NCBI GenBank assembly: GCA_951406725.2
Contig: OX597830.1
Span: 74,028,001 to 74,092,000 of the forward strand
Reading direction: 5' to 3'
DNA: 64,000 nt
DNA from: Octopus vulgaris
Taxonomy: Eukaryota
In this document: positions 43,926 through 57,510 of the stretch, piece after piece
How positions within the stretch are numbered: position 1 is the stretch's first letter
How the letters are laid out: the number at the start of each line of letters is the position of its first letter
Notes under the pieces: generated by a model
Database searches by the model: none
What the model was told of the DNA's origin: nothing
Seen by the model: the letters and a program-made list of their open reading frames with translations, nothing else
Program-made: the position numbers and the translations under genes

Positions 43926-44550
43926 AAAATAGATAGATAGATAGATAGATAGAAACATAGATAGATATACGCATGCGCAAATTTTTAAGTAAGAGGATTT
44001 GCACAACTTTTGGGCTACAGAGACTCACGAGTTTACTTGTATATGTGTGTATGTATATATATATATATATATAACTTAAAGATCAGCTTAGTAGGGAAAA
44101 GCAAAGAAAATCCTTACGAACAGGTGCATGGTTGTTACTTAAAGGTTTTAATTTCCCTGTGGGAGAAGAAGGAATGAATTTAACTATATTCCAGGGTCGT
44201 TGCATTATCATTACGGAATGAATATACCCTCTACCTCCAAAGAGTTTCCTGCTTCATACGTGCCTATTAATAATATAAATATATATAATTTCCGACAGAG
44301 CTAAACTGGTCCGTCAAATTTGCATAACAGTATATATGGTTAGAACGTGGATTATTTATTTATTAATTTATTTATTAATTACAAAGAGCAATTTTGCTGT
44401 GTCTCATTCTTCGATAAAATGTAACGTATGATGTACCATTTTTAATAAAGTTTTACTTAGGCAAAGCTATGAGAAGACATTGAATAGTTAACAGCTTATA
44501 TATGTGTGTGTATGCGTCTGAGTGTAAAAAAATATGTGTGTTTGTTTGTT

Positions 44551-44595
<45 letters not shown>

Positions 44596-44708
44596 ATATA
44601 CGTGATCTGATCTGCGCAGTCAAAATCGTTAGAGCGTAAGAAGAAATGCTTAGCAGTAATTCTTCTGGCACTTTACATTGTAATTTCGAGGAAAAATTCA
44701 CTGTTCAC

Positions 44709-44850
44709 AGGCGCAGGAGTGGCCGTGTGGTAAGTAGCTTGCTTACCAACCACATGGTTCCACACGCCCAAGGTGCCACGCATTGGAACTGATCCCGGAA
44801 TCATGTGGTTCGTAGGCAAGCAAATTACCACACAGCCACTCCTACGCCTA
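44709..44850. mobile_element. Two SINE family B heads fused in inverted orientation
   Basis: AGGCGCAGGAGTGGCCGTGTGGTAAG...CCACATGGTTCC (+) is joined to ...GGAATCATGTGGTT..GCAAGC..TTACCACACAGCCACTCCTACGCCT (-). Confidence 0.85.
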
Positions 44851-44945
44851 TAAATGTTAAAAATTATGAAATAAAAAATTAATAAGTAGAAATTGAGTCG
44901 ACTTTTTCTTTCTCATTCTGTGTAGTTACGCACACGTGTGTGTGG

Positions 44946-45003
<58 letters not shown>

Positions 45004-45497
45004 CAATTGTCTGAAAATGTGTTTTGCATACCATGCTGGCCCTATAAGGTGCACCAGCTGATTGCATCTCCAATATGCATGTGTTGCAGAAGACTGAAAC
45101 ATATGTGATAGATGTAACATATGGAATAAAGTGATACAAAGTGAATGCTTATAATTCCTTTTTCTCTCATTACTGCTGTGCTCTTTGCATTACATCTTAG
45201 CCTATCTACGACTGCAGAGGGCCCGTGTGAACAGGTGACGGTGGGTGTTCAGGTTTAACGCAATCGACAAAGCCGAAACCTGACTGCTTGAAATGTCACC
45301 CGTCGAGAGCTTCCAATCATACACTTGCGTGCGCGCACGCGCAAGTACGCACGTACACACACACACATGCACACAGATATAAACATTCATACATATATAC
45401 ATATAAACTCGACGATGGTTTAGCTAACTGAAACTTCGAAGTCACAAGCAGCAACGTGCTTTTGGAAGATTAATAAATATACATACACATACATACA

Positions 45498-45530
<33 letters not shown>

Positions 45531-45565
45531 GTATATGTATATGTATATGTATACATATATATATG

Positions 45566-45618
<53 letters not shown>

Positions 45619-45619
<1 letters not shown>

Positions 45620-45793
45620 TAGGAGTCGCTGTGTGGTAAATTGCTTGCTTACCAACTACATGGTTCCAACTACAGGTTCAGTCGCACTGCGTGGCACCTT
45701 GGGCAAGTGTCTTCTACTATAGCCCCGGGCTGTCCAAAGCCTTGTGAGTGGATTTGGTAGATGGAAACTGAAAAAAGTCCGTTGTATACATGT

Positions 45794-45829
<36 letters not shown>

Positions 45830-46015
45830 TCCCACCGTCGCTTGACAACCGATACTGGTGGGTTCACGACCCTGTAACTTAACGGTTCGGCAAAAGACAC
45901 CGATAGAAAAAAGTACTAGACTTGCGAAGAAAAAGTCCTGGGGTCGATTTGTTCGACTAAAGGCAGTGCTCCAGCATCGCCGCAGTCAAATGACTGAAAC
46001 AAATAAAATAAAGAA
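45619..46015 (+). mobile_element. SINE family B copy
   Basis: Family B head, CORE-like block, internal (TG)n and tail. Confidence 0.9.
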
Positions 46016-46854
46016 AAGAATATGAATATAATGGAAAATGGGAGAAATTACTCTAATGTTCTCCAAAACACCTCTCACTTCTCGGCATTATCACCGTGTC
46101 GTTCCTAATTTCGTAGGCGCTTATGTGGACAATTGTCCACCCTGGTAACTGTTTCTCTGGATCTTTCCTTGTAAATTAAACACACACACAATCACATATC
46201 ACCGCTACTCTCACTACCACTAACATTAAGCTACATACAACATGTGTAAACACACAAACGCACACACAAAATATGAATAAAATAGTGTCTGCCATTTTTG
46301 TTTTATGTGTGTGAAGGCGCATGAGCGATCGTCGCTGATGTCACAACCACTAAGAAACAGTAAGCGGCATACAACATCTGTATTACCGAATGTCAACATT
46401 TTCCGGTTTATCTTCATCATCACATTTAATATCGGCCCGTCGTAACAACTGCAGTAACAGCAGGGACAGAATAATAATAAGTAGAACAAGAACGAGAGAG
46501 AGAACGTTAATGATGACGTCGATATTACAACAGACATCAATGAATACATTTCGCAAAGTTTCTTAACAGCTGCATAGAATTTTCGGGAATCACAATTATG
46601 CGTGTTATTCGCGTGTGTTTGTGTGTGAGTGTGAGTGTGTATGTGTGTGACGTTTGGGTACATGTATATATGCGCGTTCGTACGGATGAATGTCCGTATG
46701 CATTTAGTTATAAATGATCATGTCATTGTACGTATGTATATATATCCACGTGTATTTGTATATACCATTGTGTATATGTTTAAGCATGTGTATATATCTA
46801 CCTATCTCTATCTCTGTCTGTCTGTCTATCTGTCTCTCTTTGTTTCTCTCTCTC

Positions 46855-46955
<101 letters not shown>

Positions 46956-47001
46956 CATATATATGTATATATATATGTATATATATGTATACATATACAT
47001 G

Positions 47002-47033
<32 letters not shown>

Positions 47034-47041
47034 CATATATC

Positions 47042-47133
<92 letters not shown>

Positions 47134-47489
47134 TACAGACTGACAGACAGACAGACAGACAGACAGATAGATAGATATTTGTATAGTTGTGTGTACATCT
47201 GTAAAATAACCTTTCTTGGTAAGAGCCTTGCATTATTCACCCGTTGTCACTACTAAAACGGTGAAATGGACCCGAAACACAATGTTATATTCCTATACTG
47301 GTTTCCTTGACAACAGCACGGCCCCTTGACTATGATAAATCCATTAGGAGCAAATCAATGATTTTAGTGATTTTTGTTGTTGTTGCTTTTGTTGTTGCTG
47401 CTACTTTTGTTTTCGTTGTTGTTCTTGTTCTATTTGAAAAGCAGTGATTTAGAAATAGATCTTACAGATTTTAGCTGATTTTGGTGACC

Positions 47490-48129
47490 GATGTCTAATA
47501 ATGTTGTGGTGGTTGTAGTGCTGGTGGTGGTGGTGGTGCAGGTGCTGGTGGTTTTCCTGGTGCTGAAGATAATGGTGGTGGTGATAGTGATTGTGGTGGT
47601 AGACATTGCTAATAGTGGTGGTGATGGTGTGATGGTAGTTGTGGCAGACGGGTGTTACAAATGATAGTAGATTTGGTTATGGCGATGTTGGAACTTACTA
47701 GTAGCGACAATTATCGCACATAGGTAGTTACAGCAGTGGTGGCGGCGGTAGCATTAGTGGCGGTGTCGGCGGCAGCGGCGTAGTGGTGAAGGAAGAGCTT
47801 TTAGTGGTGGTGGCGATGGTGGTTGTCATGGTGTTTAGTGGTTCCAGTAGCAGTGGTGTGTAGTTAGTAGTGTTGATGGTGACGATGCATATGTAGTTTG
47901 AGTGGTATTGGTGGTGCTGGCGCTGGTGGTGGAGATTTTAGAGGTGTTGGTGATGACACTTGTGTTAAGAGCTGAGGTTTGTAGTTAGTAGTGGTGATGG
48001 TGGTGGAGTGTATATGAATTGGAGTGGTACTGGTGGTGTTTAGTTAGTAGTGTTGATGAAGGTGGTGGTCATGATGTTACTAGTTGTGAAATATATATAG
48101 TAGTTGTGGGGTTTGTTGGTAGTAGTAGT

Positions 48130-48210
<81 letters not shown>

Positions 48211-48240
48211 TACTGCTGCTGTTATTGAAGTTGTTGTTGT

Positions 48241-48280
<40 letters not shown>
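47490..48280. repeat. Degenerate (GGT)n/(AGT)n/(GAT)n trinucleotide low-complexity field
   Basis: Directly visible. Confidence 0.85.
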
Positions 48281-48319
48281 ATTGTTTAGTCCCAGGTCAG
48301 ACGTAATGCAGCACAATTA

Positions 48320-48534
48320 AGTTAAGTTAACTTTTTGGCTCAAAAAGCAAAAGCAAGGCCATGTAGGGGGACATGGTGTTATGTACAGGGTGGTGTTCAT
48401 GCAAAGAGTTCAGGCCATTTGTGGTCAAGGGAGACTTTGAACAGAGCGGTCGTCGGCATCTTCACTATCTCGTCCGGCAGCTTATTCCAGGGATCCGCAA
48501 CCCGGACGGAGAAAGCCCCTCTCCTTCGATTGAG
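48320..48534 (-). mobile_element. 5'-truncated CR1/L2-clade LINE 3' end with AATTA TSD
   Basis: Same family as 7974-8181, with a (TTAAC)n tail and AATTA at 48315-48319 and 48535-48539. Confidence 0.85.
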
Positions 48535-48651
48535 AATTATGGTCAAGGATATTCCAGTTCTGACCATCACGTCATTTTTATTTGTCTTTCGGTTTACAAG
48601 TACATGATCAAAAGCGTACTTCCTTTATTTGAGACAGTATATTATAATTTA

Positions 48652-48954
48652 GGAGGCGCAATGGCCTAGTGGTTAGGGCAGCGGACTCGCGGTCGTAGGA
48701 TCACGGTTACGATTCCCAGACCGGGTGTTGTGAGTGTTTATTGAGCGAAAACACCTAAAAGCTCCACGAAGCTCCGGCAGGGGGTGGTGATCCCTGCTGT
48801 ACTCTTTCACCACTCTTTCTCTCACTCTTTCTTCTGTTGGCCTGCTCGCTTAGCCAGCGGGATGGCGTCATTCGAAGGCTAAAACAATGCGAACGCATTG
48901 TGACCAGCGATGTGTAGCAACATCTGATGGTCTGGTCGGTCACGTGATCACGTG
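48652..48954 (+). mobile_element. tRNA-derived SINE family C, tail type 3, with 13-bp TSD
   Basis: Head GGAGGCGCAATGGCCTAGTGGTTAGGGCAGCGGACTCGCGGTC. TSD ATATTATAATTTA at 48639-48651 and 48955-48967. Confidence 0.9.
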
Positions 48955-49170
48955 ATATTATAATTTAAGGGATGTTAGGCTACCAATTTTGGCTGGTCAA
49001 ACGACCTCGTGGGAACACCCTTGTTCATTCCTTTGTAGTCAGAACTGGTCAGAACTTGTCAGAACTGGAATACTCATGACTATAATTGTGCTGCATTACG
49101 TCTGACCTAGGACTAAACAATATCATCATCATCATCAACATCAACAATAACAACTTCAATAACAGCAGCG

Positions 49171-49203
<33 letters not shown>

Positions 49204-49204
49204 G

Positions 49205-49282
<78 letters not shown>

Positions 49283-49391
49283 TAAAAATTAAATCAGTTG
49301 AAATGATTGTCCTGAAAATAATGGGAAGATGTGTGATTTTTCATTGCCGATTTTATGCGTCGTTGAAGTGTAGGAAGGTCATGTATGTATG

Positions 49392-49432
<41 letters not shown>

Positions 49433-49571
49433 CATATACAGGTTGAAAAAAGTGGTTAAGAGGACTGAATACGTGGTGCTCTATTTAAGAAATTGCTGGT
49501 TCTGAGAGTATTCTAGTCGTATGCAATGAGATTGCAAACTAACCTTTTGCCTGTGATGATGTTTATTATTA

Positions 49572-49644
<73 letters not shown>

Positions 49645-49658
49645 CATTATTATTATTA

Positions 49659-49892
49659 TAAGGCTGCCAGTTGGCAGAAACGTTAGCGCCCCGGGCGAAA
49701 TGCTTATTCCTGTTACGTCTGCCGTTACGTTCTGAGTTCAAATTCCACCAAGGTCGACTTTGCCTTTCTTCCTTTCGAGGTCGACAAATAAAGTACCAGT
49801 TACGCACTGGGGTCGATGTAATCGCCTTAATCCCTTTGACTGTCCTTGTTTGTCCCCTCTATGTTTAGTCCCTTGTGGGCAATAAAGAAATA
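49659..49892 (+). mobile_element. SINE family A copy inside (ATT)n
   Basis: Full head, core and long tail, with (ATT)n on both sides. Confidence 0.9.
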
Positions 49893-49961
<69 letters not shown>

Positions 49962-50452
49962 GTTTGGTTTTTGCTTTGTATTTTTACAAGTTGACTCCAA
50001 ATCTTACTCAGACCTCTCAAGAGACAACAATTTACAAGTTCAAGTTGGTATTATGACTACGGTGCCATAATTTTTGGTTTTGCATTGAGTATTGTTCTAG
50101 AGAATGTCTGTTCTGTCAAAACATAAGAAAATTAGAAGATTGTTTTAAAAGTAATTTGGTTTATGAGATGATAGTGCAATCTTGAAATGATAGTAAAAGT
50201 TGTGTGCTATTATCAACATTTAAAAATACTTTTGACAATGTTTACAGATTAAAATGTTTTGGGGATTGGATAGAGATTATTTTTCGTAGGATTTCAGTAG
50301 TTCCTATAAACATTATTTTTTTTTAAATTCTTCTATTTTGGGATTTTCTGGTATATGAGACAGGTAGCAATCAGCCCCTTTTGCTGTCATTCTTAGGGCA
50401 CCTATGACATCAGGTATTGTCTCACTCTTGAGGTTCCACATTTTTCCAATTA
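49893..50452 (-). mobile_element. 3' end of a restriction-like-endonuclease (R4/Dong-like) LINE with (TAA)n tail
   Basis: Minus translation KMWNLKSETIPDVIGALRM...GTTEILRK matches the C-terminal W..K..PxVIGALG...GTxxILRK pattern of RLE LINE ORFs. It is followed by a 3' UTR and (TAA)n. Confidence 0.7.
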
Positions 50453-50483
50453 TTATCATCATTATTATTGTTGTTATTGTTTG

Positions 50484-51020
50484 TTGAGTGAGAGAGCAGT
50501 GCATGCCAACAAAGTGACACTGGAGTAAAATATACAAGGCCCAGTATACCCATCATGACTACTCGTCTGATAAGAGCACACCAGGTATATGCATCACAAC
50601 CATATGTGTGCAACATGGTGATTTCATATCGAGATAAACAACGCATGACCTTGCAGGTGAGGTCCAGTTAGAATTTTTGTCAGGTGGAGTAATCCATCCC
50701 CTGAATAAGGTTTGTTTAAGGATGTTGAACGAAACACCCATGTTTCCAGAGGTGAATTATCCAAACCCCCATTCAACACATGGCCTGATGCTTCCCCACT
50801 ACTTCTGCTCATGATCAGAGATGTACATATCGTCAGCCACTAAGGGACATGCTCAACTGGTTACGGTCAAACAACTGACAAGCAAATCTGTGGTATTGAG
50901 CAGAATATTTACTGAAGTCTATCTTTTATACCAAGACAAATAATATTTACACGATAACACTTCGAATCAGTTAAGTTCAGAAGCCATGAGAGCCAGTGCC
51001 TTGTACTGCATCAGGGCATT
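50484..51020. repeat. Unclassified ~540-bp probable interspersed repeat bounded by (ATT/GTT)n and (CAT)n tracts
   Basis: A sharply bounded complex block between trinucleotide tracts with no convincing ORF. It is single copy in this window, so the repeat call is inference. Confidence 0.4.
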
Positions 51021-51021
51021 G

Positions 51022-51061
<40 letters not shown>

Positions 51062-51062
51062 G

Positions 51063-51106
<44 letters not shown>

Positions 51107-51890
51107 ACATCATCATCATCATTATTATTAGCATTTTTTGTTAATATATCTTAGCGGTTAATGGGTAGTGAAATCGAGAGCTTTAAAGTTTTTGCTAATG
51201 ATGGTTGTTATAATGGTTTGTGAGAAGTTACGTTTTATTGAAGATATGCCTGTTTCTGTGTTAGATATTTTGTGTAGCGTGTGGTTTTGAGTCTATCGGA
51301 TACTGTAACCAGCAGGTCAACTGATGACGAAGAGATTTCATGCGTCCATCGATTATCAGAAATGGCCACCACAATGAAAAGAACAGTTGCTGCACTTCTA
51401 CACTGATTGTCGGCAGTTTTCGTTAGTAATAATAATAATAATGAATTAAGCTGTTAACAATGGCCTTTGTGGTTTAATACTAGATTGCTATGATCGACAA
51501 CGTGTGGTGTAGATGGTGGAACTTTCGTCGTTGTTATTGCTGTTGTTGGTGGTGATGGTGGTGAAGATGAAAATGTTGTTGTTGTCGGAGATGTTCCTGC
51601 TGTTAGCGATTACTGCTGGAAGTTGTTGGGTTATTATTGTCTTATTGTTTTATTGTTTAACGAAGTAATATATGTATATATATATATAACTAGATGCACA
51701 CACTCTCACACATAACAACACCATACGTGTATATACATATACATACATATATATATATATATATACACATATATGCATACACAGACATAGAGATACATGT
51801 GTACGTATATATATGCTATTAGTTAATCTGTATCAAAGATCAAGTGGTCCACTATCTAAAGAGAACTCAATTCATGGTATTAAAAATGTG

Positions 51891-51924
<34 letters not shown>

Positions 51925-52499
51925 TGTATGTATGTATGTATGTATGTATGTATGTATGTATGTATGTATGTATGTACGTACGTATGTATCCATGAATGAA
52001 TGTATAAATATGCGTGTACCTGTTAGAGTGTAGGTGTGTTTGTGTGCGTATGTGTATATGTGAGTAGTGTGTGGGTGTGTGTGTGTGTATGTAGGGTCGG
52101 TGTAGGTGTGTGTGTACATACATTGTATGTATGTACTATCCTTTATCCAGTCCGAATCAAAGTAATTGATAGTATTTTAATTAACAATAGTTTCGCTCTC
52201 TTTGTATCTCTTATAAAAAGACACATTGTTCGTTCTTGGAGCGACGGTAGGTTTCCTCTTCAAAGGGAACGGCTTTATACGTTGATTGTGTTCTTAAAGA
52301 AAGACAGCGCGAAGGAAAGAAACAAAGGGAGACAACCTACAAGAATCATAAATTAGCAGAGGATTAGATTACTGGTTTCAATAAAGAAATGTTTTTTTTC
52401 TTGAATGAGAGGTCATTACGAATTAGTAAGCGCATACACCGAATGATGAAGCGTAGTGAATTAAGGACCGGTAAAGCAGGAGATAAAATAATTTGTGGT

Positions 52500-52875
52500 G
52501 TTTAGTTATAACTTTACATTCTCAGTTCAAATCTCACCGAGGTGACCATTACCTTTCATCCTTTCGAGATCACTAAAATATAACACTAGAGGTGATGGTA
52601 GTAATAAAAATTCCCCTCCAAAAGTTCTGTCCTTGTACTTAAATAAGAAACCATTTTGAAGAAACTAAGCGTGCTGACAGAATTGTTGGTGTGTCAAAGA
52701 AATTCCTAATGATTTTCATTCTTGCGCTTTATTCTTTGAGTTCAAAAACCGCCGAGATTAATTCTCGCGTTCGTCCTTGCAGAATCGATAAAATAAAGTA
52801 CGAGTCAAGCACTGAAATTCAAGGTATAGAGTACTCCCTCTCCTTAAAGGTGCAGCCATGTGCCAAATTTGAAAC
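52500..52875 (+). mobile_element. Two degenerate SINE family A copies
   Basis: GTTCAAA..CCGAG..CCTTTCATCCTTTCGAG cores at ~52525 and ~52740. Confidence 0.65.
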
Positions 52876-52989
52876 ATTGGCGGGAGAGCAAGCAGAATCG
52901 TATCTTCCTAAGAATATGTACTGTTCGAAGGACGGAAAAAAAATTGGGGGTGCCCTCACCTATCTGATTTGATGTTTAATGGCACATGG

Positions 52990-53345
52990 GAAGGGTTGAG
53001 TACTAAACCCACTACTCCGAAGATAACTGTTAACATCTTCAGTTTTTCACTGGAGATCCACGAGATCTTTTCTAATTCCTTGTCCGCAAGGTTTTTGTCT
53101 AAAGAAATTGAAATATCTATTATGGGGCATTCTCTTTCTTTTTTTATATATGTCATACATGATGATATCTATTCTTTGGTGTACAATGGTTCTGTCTCGC
53201 TAGTTTTCGAATCACGTAGAATTCTTTGTATACAGAATTCATTTAGAGGTTTTACTGACACTTGTTTGTATGAACTACCAGTAATGTTGTATCCATATTT
53301 ATCCATAATGATGTGCCCAGTAATAATGTATACAATGTTGTTGTC
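52990..53345 (-). pseudogene. Decayed RLE-domain LINE ORF fragment
   Basis: Two frames give NIVYIITGHIIMDKYG...SYKQ...RILRD and IKKERECPIIDISISLDKNLADKELEKI. These resemble the HNxV..KYG..WY..ILWD..PD..IID...D.N...KE.EK region of RLE non-LTR elements. Confidence 0.6.
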
Positions 53346-53384
53346 ATTATTTTGCGTGTTATTGTGTTGATTATTTTTGTCATA

Positions 53385-53580
53385 AAGGCAACGAGCTGGC
53401 AGAGTCGCTACCACACCGGGCGAAATGCCTAGCAGCATTTCGTCCATCTTTACGTTCTGATTTAAAACTTTGCCGATGTCGACTAGATGAAATAGGCTCT
53501 AGATGAATACGGAAGTCGATGCGATAAACTTGTCCTCCATCAAAATTTCAGTCCTTGTACTTACATTAGAAAGGATCAAT
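53385..53580 (+). mobile_element. SINE family A copy
   Basis: AAGGCAACGAGCTGGCAGA head, partial core and short tail. Confidence 0.8.
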
Positions 53581-54283
53581 ATCATCATCATCATCATCAT
53601 CGTCATCGTCATTGTCTTCGTCGTCGTCATCATCATCATCATTATCATCGTCGTCACTATTGTTATCATCATCATCGCTCTTATTATCATCAGGTTGGCT
53701 TCTTGAATTCAGGAAATACTCATGGGTAATTTTCCTTTTCTAGTTTTCTGCAGATTAGAAGATGATGGAAAAAGTTGTGGCGTTCATCCGTTTTCTAAAG
53801 GCGTTTTACCTACGTACTTGAACTGAAAGAGCTACAAATAGCAATTTGAAATGTAAACAGAAACTAGTTTTTTTGATTCGCTTCGTTTAGAGTTTATCTC
53901 ATTTTTCATGACATTCGCTAATAGATAAGATAAGAGATAGGAAAATATTTATTTTACAAACAGGAAAACTAAAAAATAAAATAACTGTAAAAAAATATGT
54001 GGTATTTGTATATAAATCATTTGCCAAATTACAACGAGGAAACTGGAATGTTTCCATCTAGGAGGAGATACCGTTCCAATAACGAACTCTATAGCTGGCT
54101 TCTACAGTGAAAATTTTCTCCCATCAAACATAGAGATTTGGCGTAGTTTCACGAAAACAAAGAAACATTATGTTTGCTAAGTAAGATATGAGCCATATAT
54201 AAAGAGAAAAATTTTAAGAAGAGTTGTGCTTCTGTAAATGAGAGATGTTAACAGAAATGTAAACTTTTTTTATTAAAATTTGA

Positions 54284-54449
<166 letters not shown>

Positions 54450-55542
54450 CATGCATATCTATCTATCTGTCTATCTGTAAGTATGTATGTATGTATGTAC
54501 GTACGTATGTATGTATTTATGTATTTATGTATCTATGTATGTATGTGTGTATTTTTCGGAGGGTTTTTTTCCACTCTTTTAATCTCATTTCAGAGCTGAA
54601 TTCTCTTAGGATTCAGCTTTATATTTCACTGGTCTAGGATCAATGTAAAACAAAATGGAATTACAGATATAATGATTGAGATTAAACCCGTCTGTACCTC
54701 ACCTCTGCAACGAACAAATTGGCTACGCGCCTAGAACAAAGGAAACGCACAAACAAGGAATGACATTAGATGACTAATGTATTTTACAAATTTATAAACA
54801 AATATAGGGGGAAGCTGTAATGGCAAGCACCATGGTTATAAAAGTTACAGTACACATTGGTCATACAAGTATCACGTTTCGTTGATGACTAACAATGCAT
54901 CTGTAACAGACGGTCATCTCAACACAATGTTATTTTGTACAGCAGCATCGAATATATTAAAAGACAAACGAAAGAGCTGTATTTCATTGAATTTAGAAAC
55001 AAATAAACGCGAAGACAAGAATGGACATACAAGATGTATTAATATGAAAAAACTATCAGGAAATTTAATAAAATTTTGATAATGCATCATAGAAATAAAT
55101 CAATACTGAGGAAAGAAACTCTACCTGGTCGCTCAAACCACTAAAAATAGCTGAAAATTTTCGTTCATTTTACTCACTATGTCATTTTAGGAAAATAAAC
55201 GAACAAACTTGATATCGATGTTTTTCATACACGAAAATGAACGAATATATATTAATTAAACAAAATTTGAAGTAAACCTTACACATAACGCTGTGTCTAA
55301 ATTGTTAATTCATTTTCATTGGTGGAATGATAGAGATTTGTACAGATATTGTTATGATAGCTCTAGTTTAAATTATTGAAAATTTTGTATCTTTTGTATC
55401 AATTGAATAAGAATGTGCGGAAGGATGTGCACACATATACACATCCTCAGAGACACACAGACATTTACTTGTATGAGTATGTGTGTGCATAGGAAGTTAT
55501 GCATTATTTCTATCTTCGTGTGACATATAGGCATATCAATCA

Positions 55543-55632
<90 letters not shown>

Positions 55633-56013
55633 TTATCTCTACATAAATATCTACATGTATATCTAAAATAATCTAGTAATTTTTTTTGCTAGTTTATTTG
55701 GTTTTTTGTCTTCTCTCGTGGTGCTGTATGAACATTGAATGTGGTTTTAGAGTCAAGTCTTGGCTGCTATTTCCAGCGTGGTGGTTTTTCTTAGATACCC
55801 TAAATTATAATTTTAATAATAATTATTACCTTGGAAGGTTTTTATTCCCATGCTGGCCAATTGATAAGATCTATATTTAAATTAACGATCTTATCCTTAT
55901 TTATATAAATTTATATGTACATAATAAATTTTTGAGGGAATATTAATCCTAACTTACAGGGAAAAAATTTAATTTAGAAATACTAAATCAAATTTCACAC
56001 AATATAATATGTA

Positions 56014-56163
56014 TATATATATAAAAATTAGGAAAAACCACCTTTTATCAATTCAAAATGAACAATTAAATTACACCATCTATTGGTATTATCTAGATGG
56101 TGTAATTTAATTGTTCATTTTGAATGGATAAAAGGTGTTTTTTTTCTAATTTTTATATATATA
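56014..56163. repeat. Fold-back inverted repeat, ~65-70-bp arms, 11-nt loop
   Basis: ...ATTCAAAATGAACAATTAAATTACACCATCTA [TTGGTATTATC] TAGATGGTGTAATTTAATTGTTCATTTTGAAT..., flanked by (TA)n. Confidence 0.9.
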
Positions 56164-56186
56164 TGTGTATATAAATACACATGTGT

Positions 56187-56230
<44 letters not shown>

Positions 56231-56926
56231 ATGGATGGATGGATGTATATATTGTTTGAAAGATAAAATATTATAATCATAAATGCAACGAATAAACCAG
56301 AGTCGAAATTACACCCATTTAAATACACTTGTGTGTATGCATGCGTTTACAAAGATAGGAAGATGTATACACGCACACACACACACACACATACACACAC
56401 ACACACACACATACGGGTACACACAAACGCAAGCACACATACACACACAAAACAAGTGGAAAATATATCATTCATTCAGAAACACCAATGTCAAAACAAT
56501 GATAAGTATAATACATCAAAATAAAAAAAATAAAGAAAAGCAAACAAATTCAAGGTTAATTAGAATACTACTTGAAAAGTATTTGGTTCCCCACTCACGG
56601 GTATCATTTGTACTTCTATTTACGAGACATATGAATAATTCGGGTGTCTTGGATATAATGTTTGGGTGGCTCTATGACAGCTTCTTCTGACTGCGAAAAT
56701 AATTGACTGGCTTTGCATTGACACCATGTCAAGTTCACGCTTGCGCGCGCGCATATAATGCTCTCATACACAGAAATAACTACACACACACATACAAACA
56801 AACACACACACACACACACACAGTTGTATATTTATGATTACATATATTCATATATAATGAATATATGAAAAGGAACCCAGAAACATGTGAATGAGAAGCA
56901 AACTTCGGACCACACACTCAGGTCTA

Positions 56927-57019
<93 letters not shown>

Positions 57020-57163
57020 CCTATCTACCTACCTACCTACCTACCTACCTACCTACCTATCTATCTATCAATCTATCTATCAATCTATCTATCTACCTAC
57101 CTACCTACCTATTATCTATCTATCTATCTATATTATGTATATTATGTATATGATGTGCGTGTG

Positions 57164-57203
<40 letters not shown>

Positions 57204-57405
57204 TATGTGTATAGTTATGGTATATTCGGTAAAGAACATAGTAGAGTACAGTGTAGAGCTTGTCCATCTTCAGATTTCACGCTGTGCTATCCAGTAGTAG
57301 TAGTATACGTATTTCCAGGTTTGTGTTTGAGTATCTGTCGTGTGTGAAGAGATAATTGAAGAAATTGGGGTCAACAAAAAGGGGTACGGTTAAACATTTT
57401 TTTTA

Positions 57406-57510
57406 ATCACTACAATTGTTTCAACGCAACGTAGTTCTCCAGGGTGCAGGTACTTGATTATACAACTGTTTCTCTGCATTATGATATCTAGCTGTGTTTC
57501 CTCAGGTGAT
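57406..57510 (-). ncRNA. Type I hammerhead ribozyme motif with long stem II
   Basis: Minus strand: AUCAC-CUGAGGA-AACACAGCUAG...CUACGUUGCGUU-GAA-ACAAUUGU-A-GUGAU. Stem I is a perfect 5 bp, stem III is palindromic and the triplet is GUA. Confidence 0.75.
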
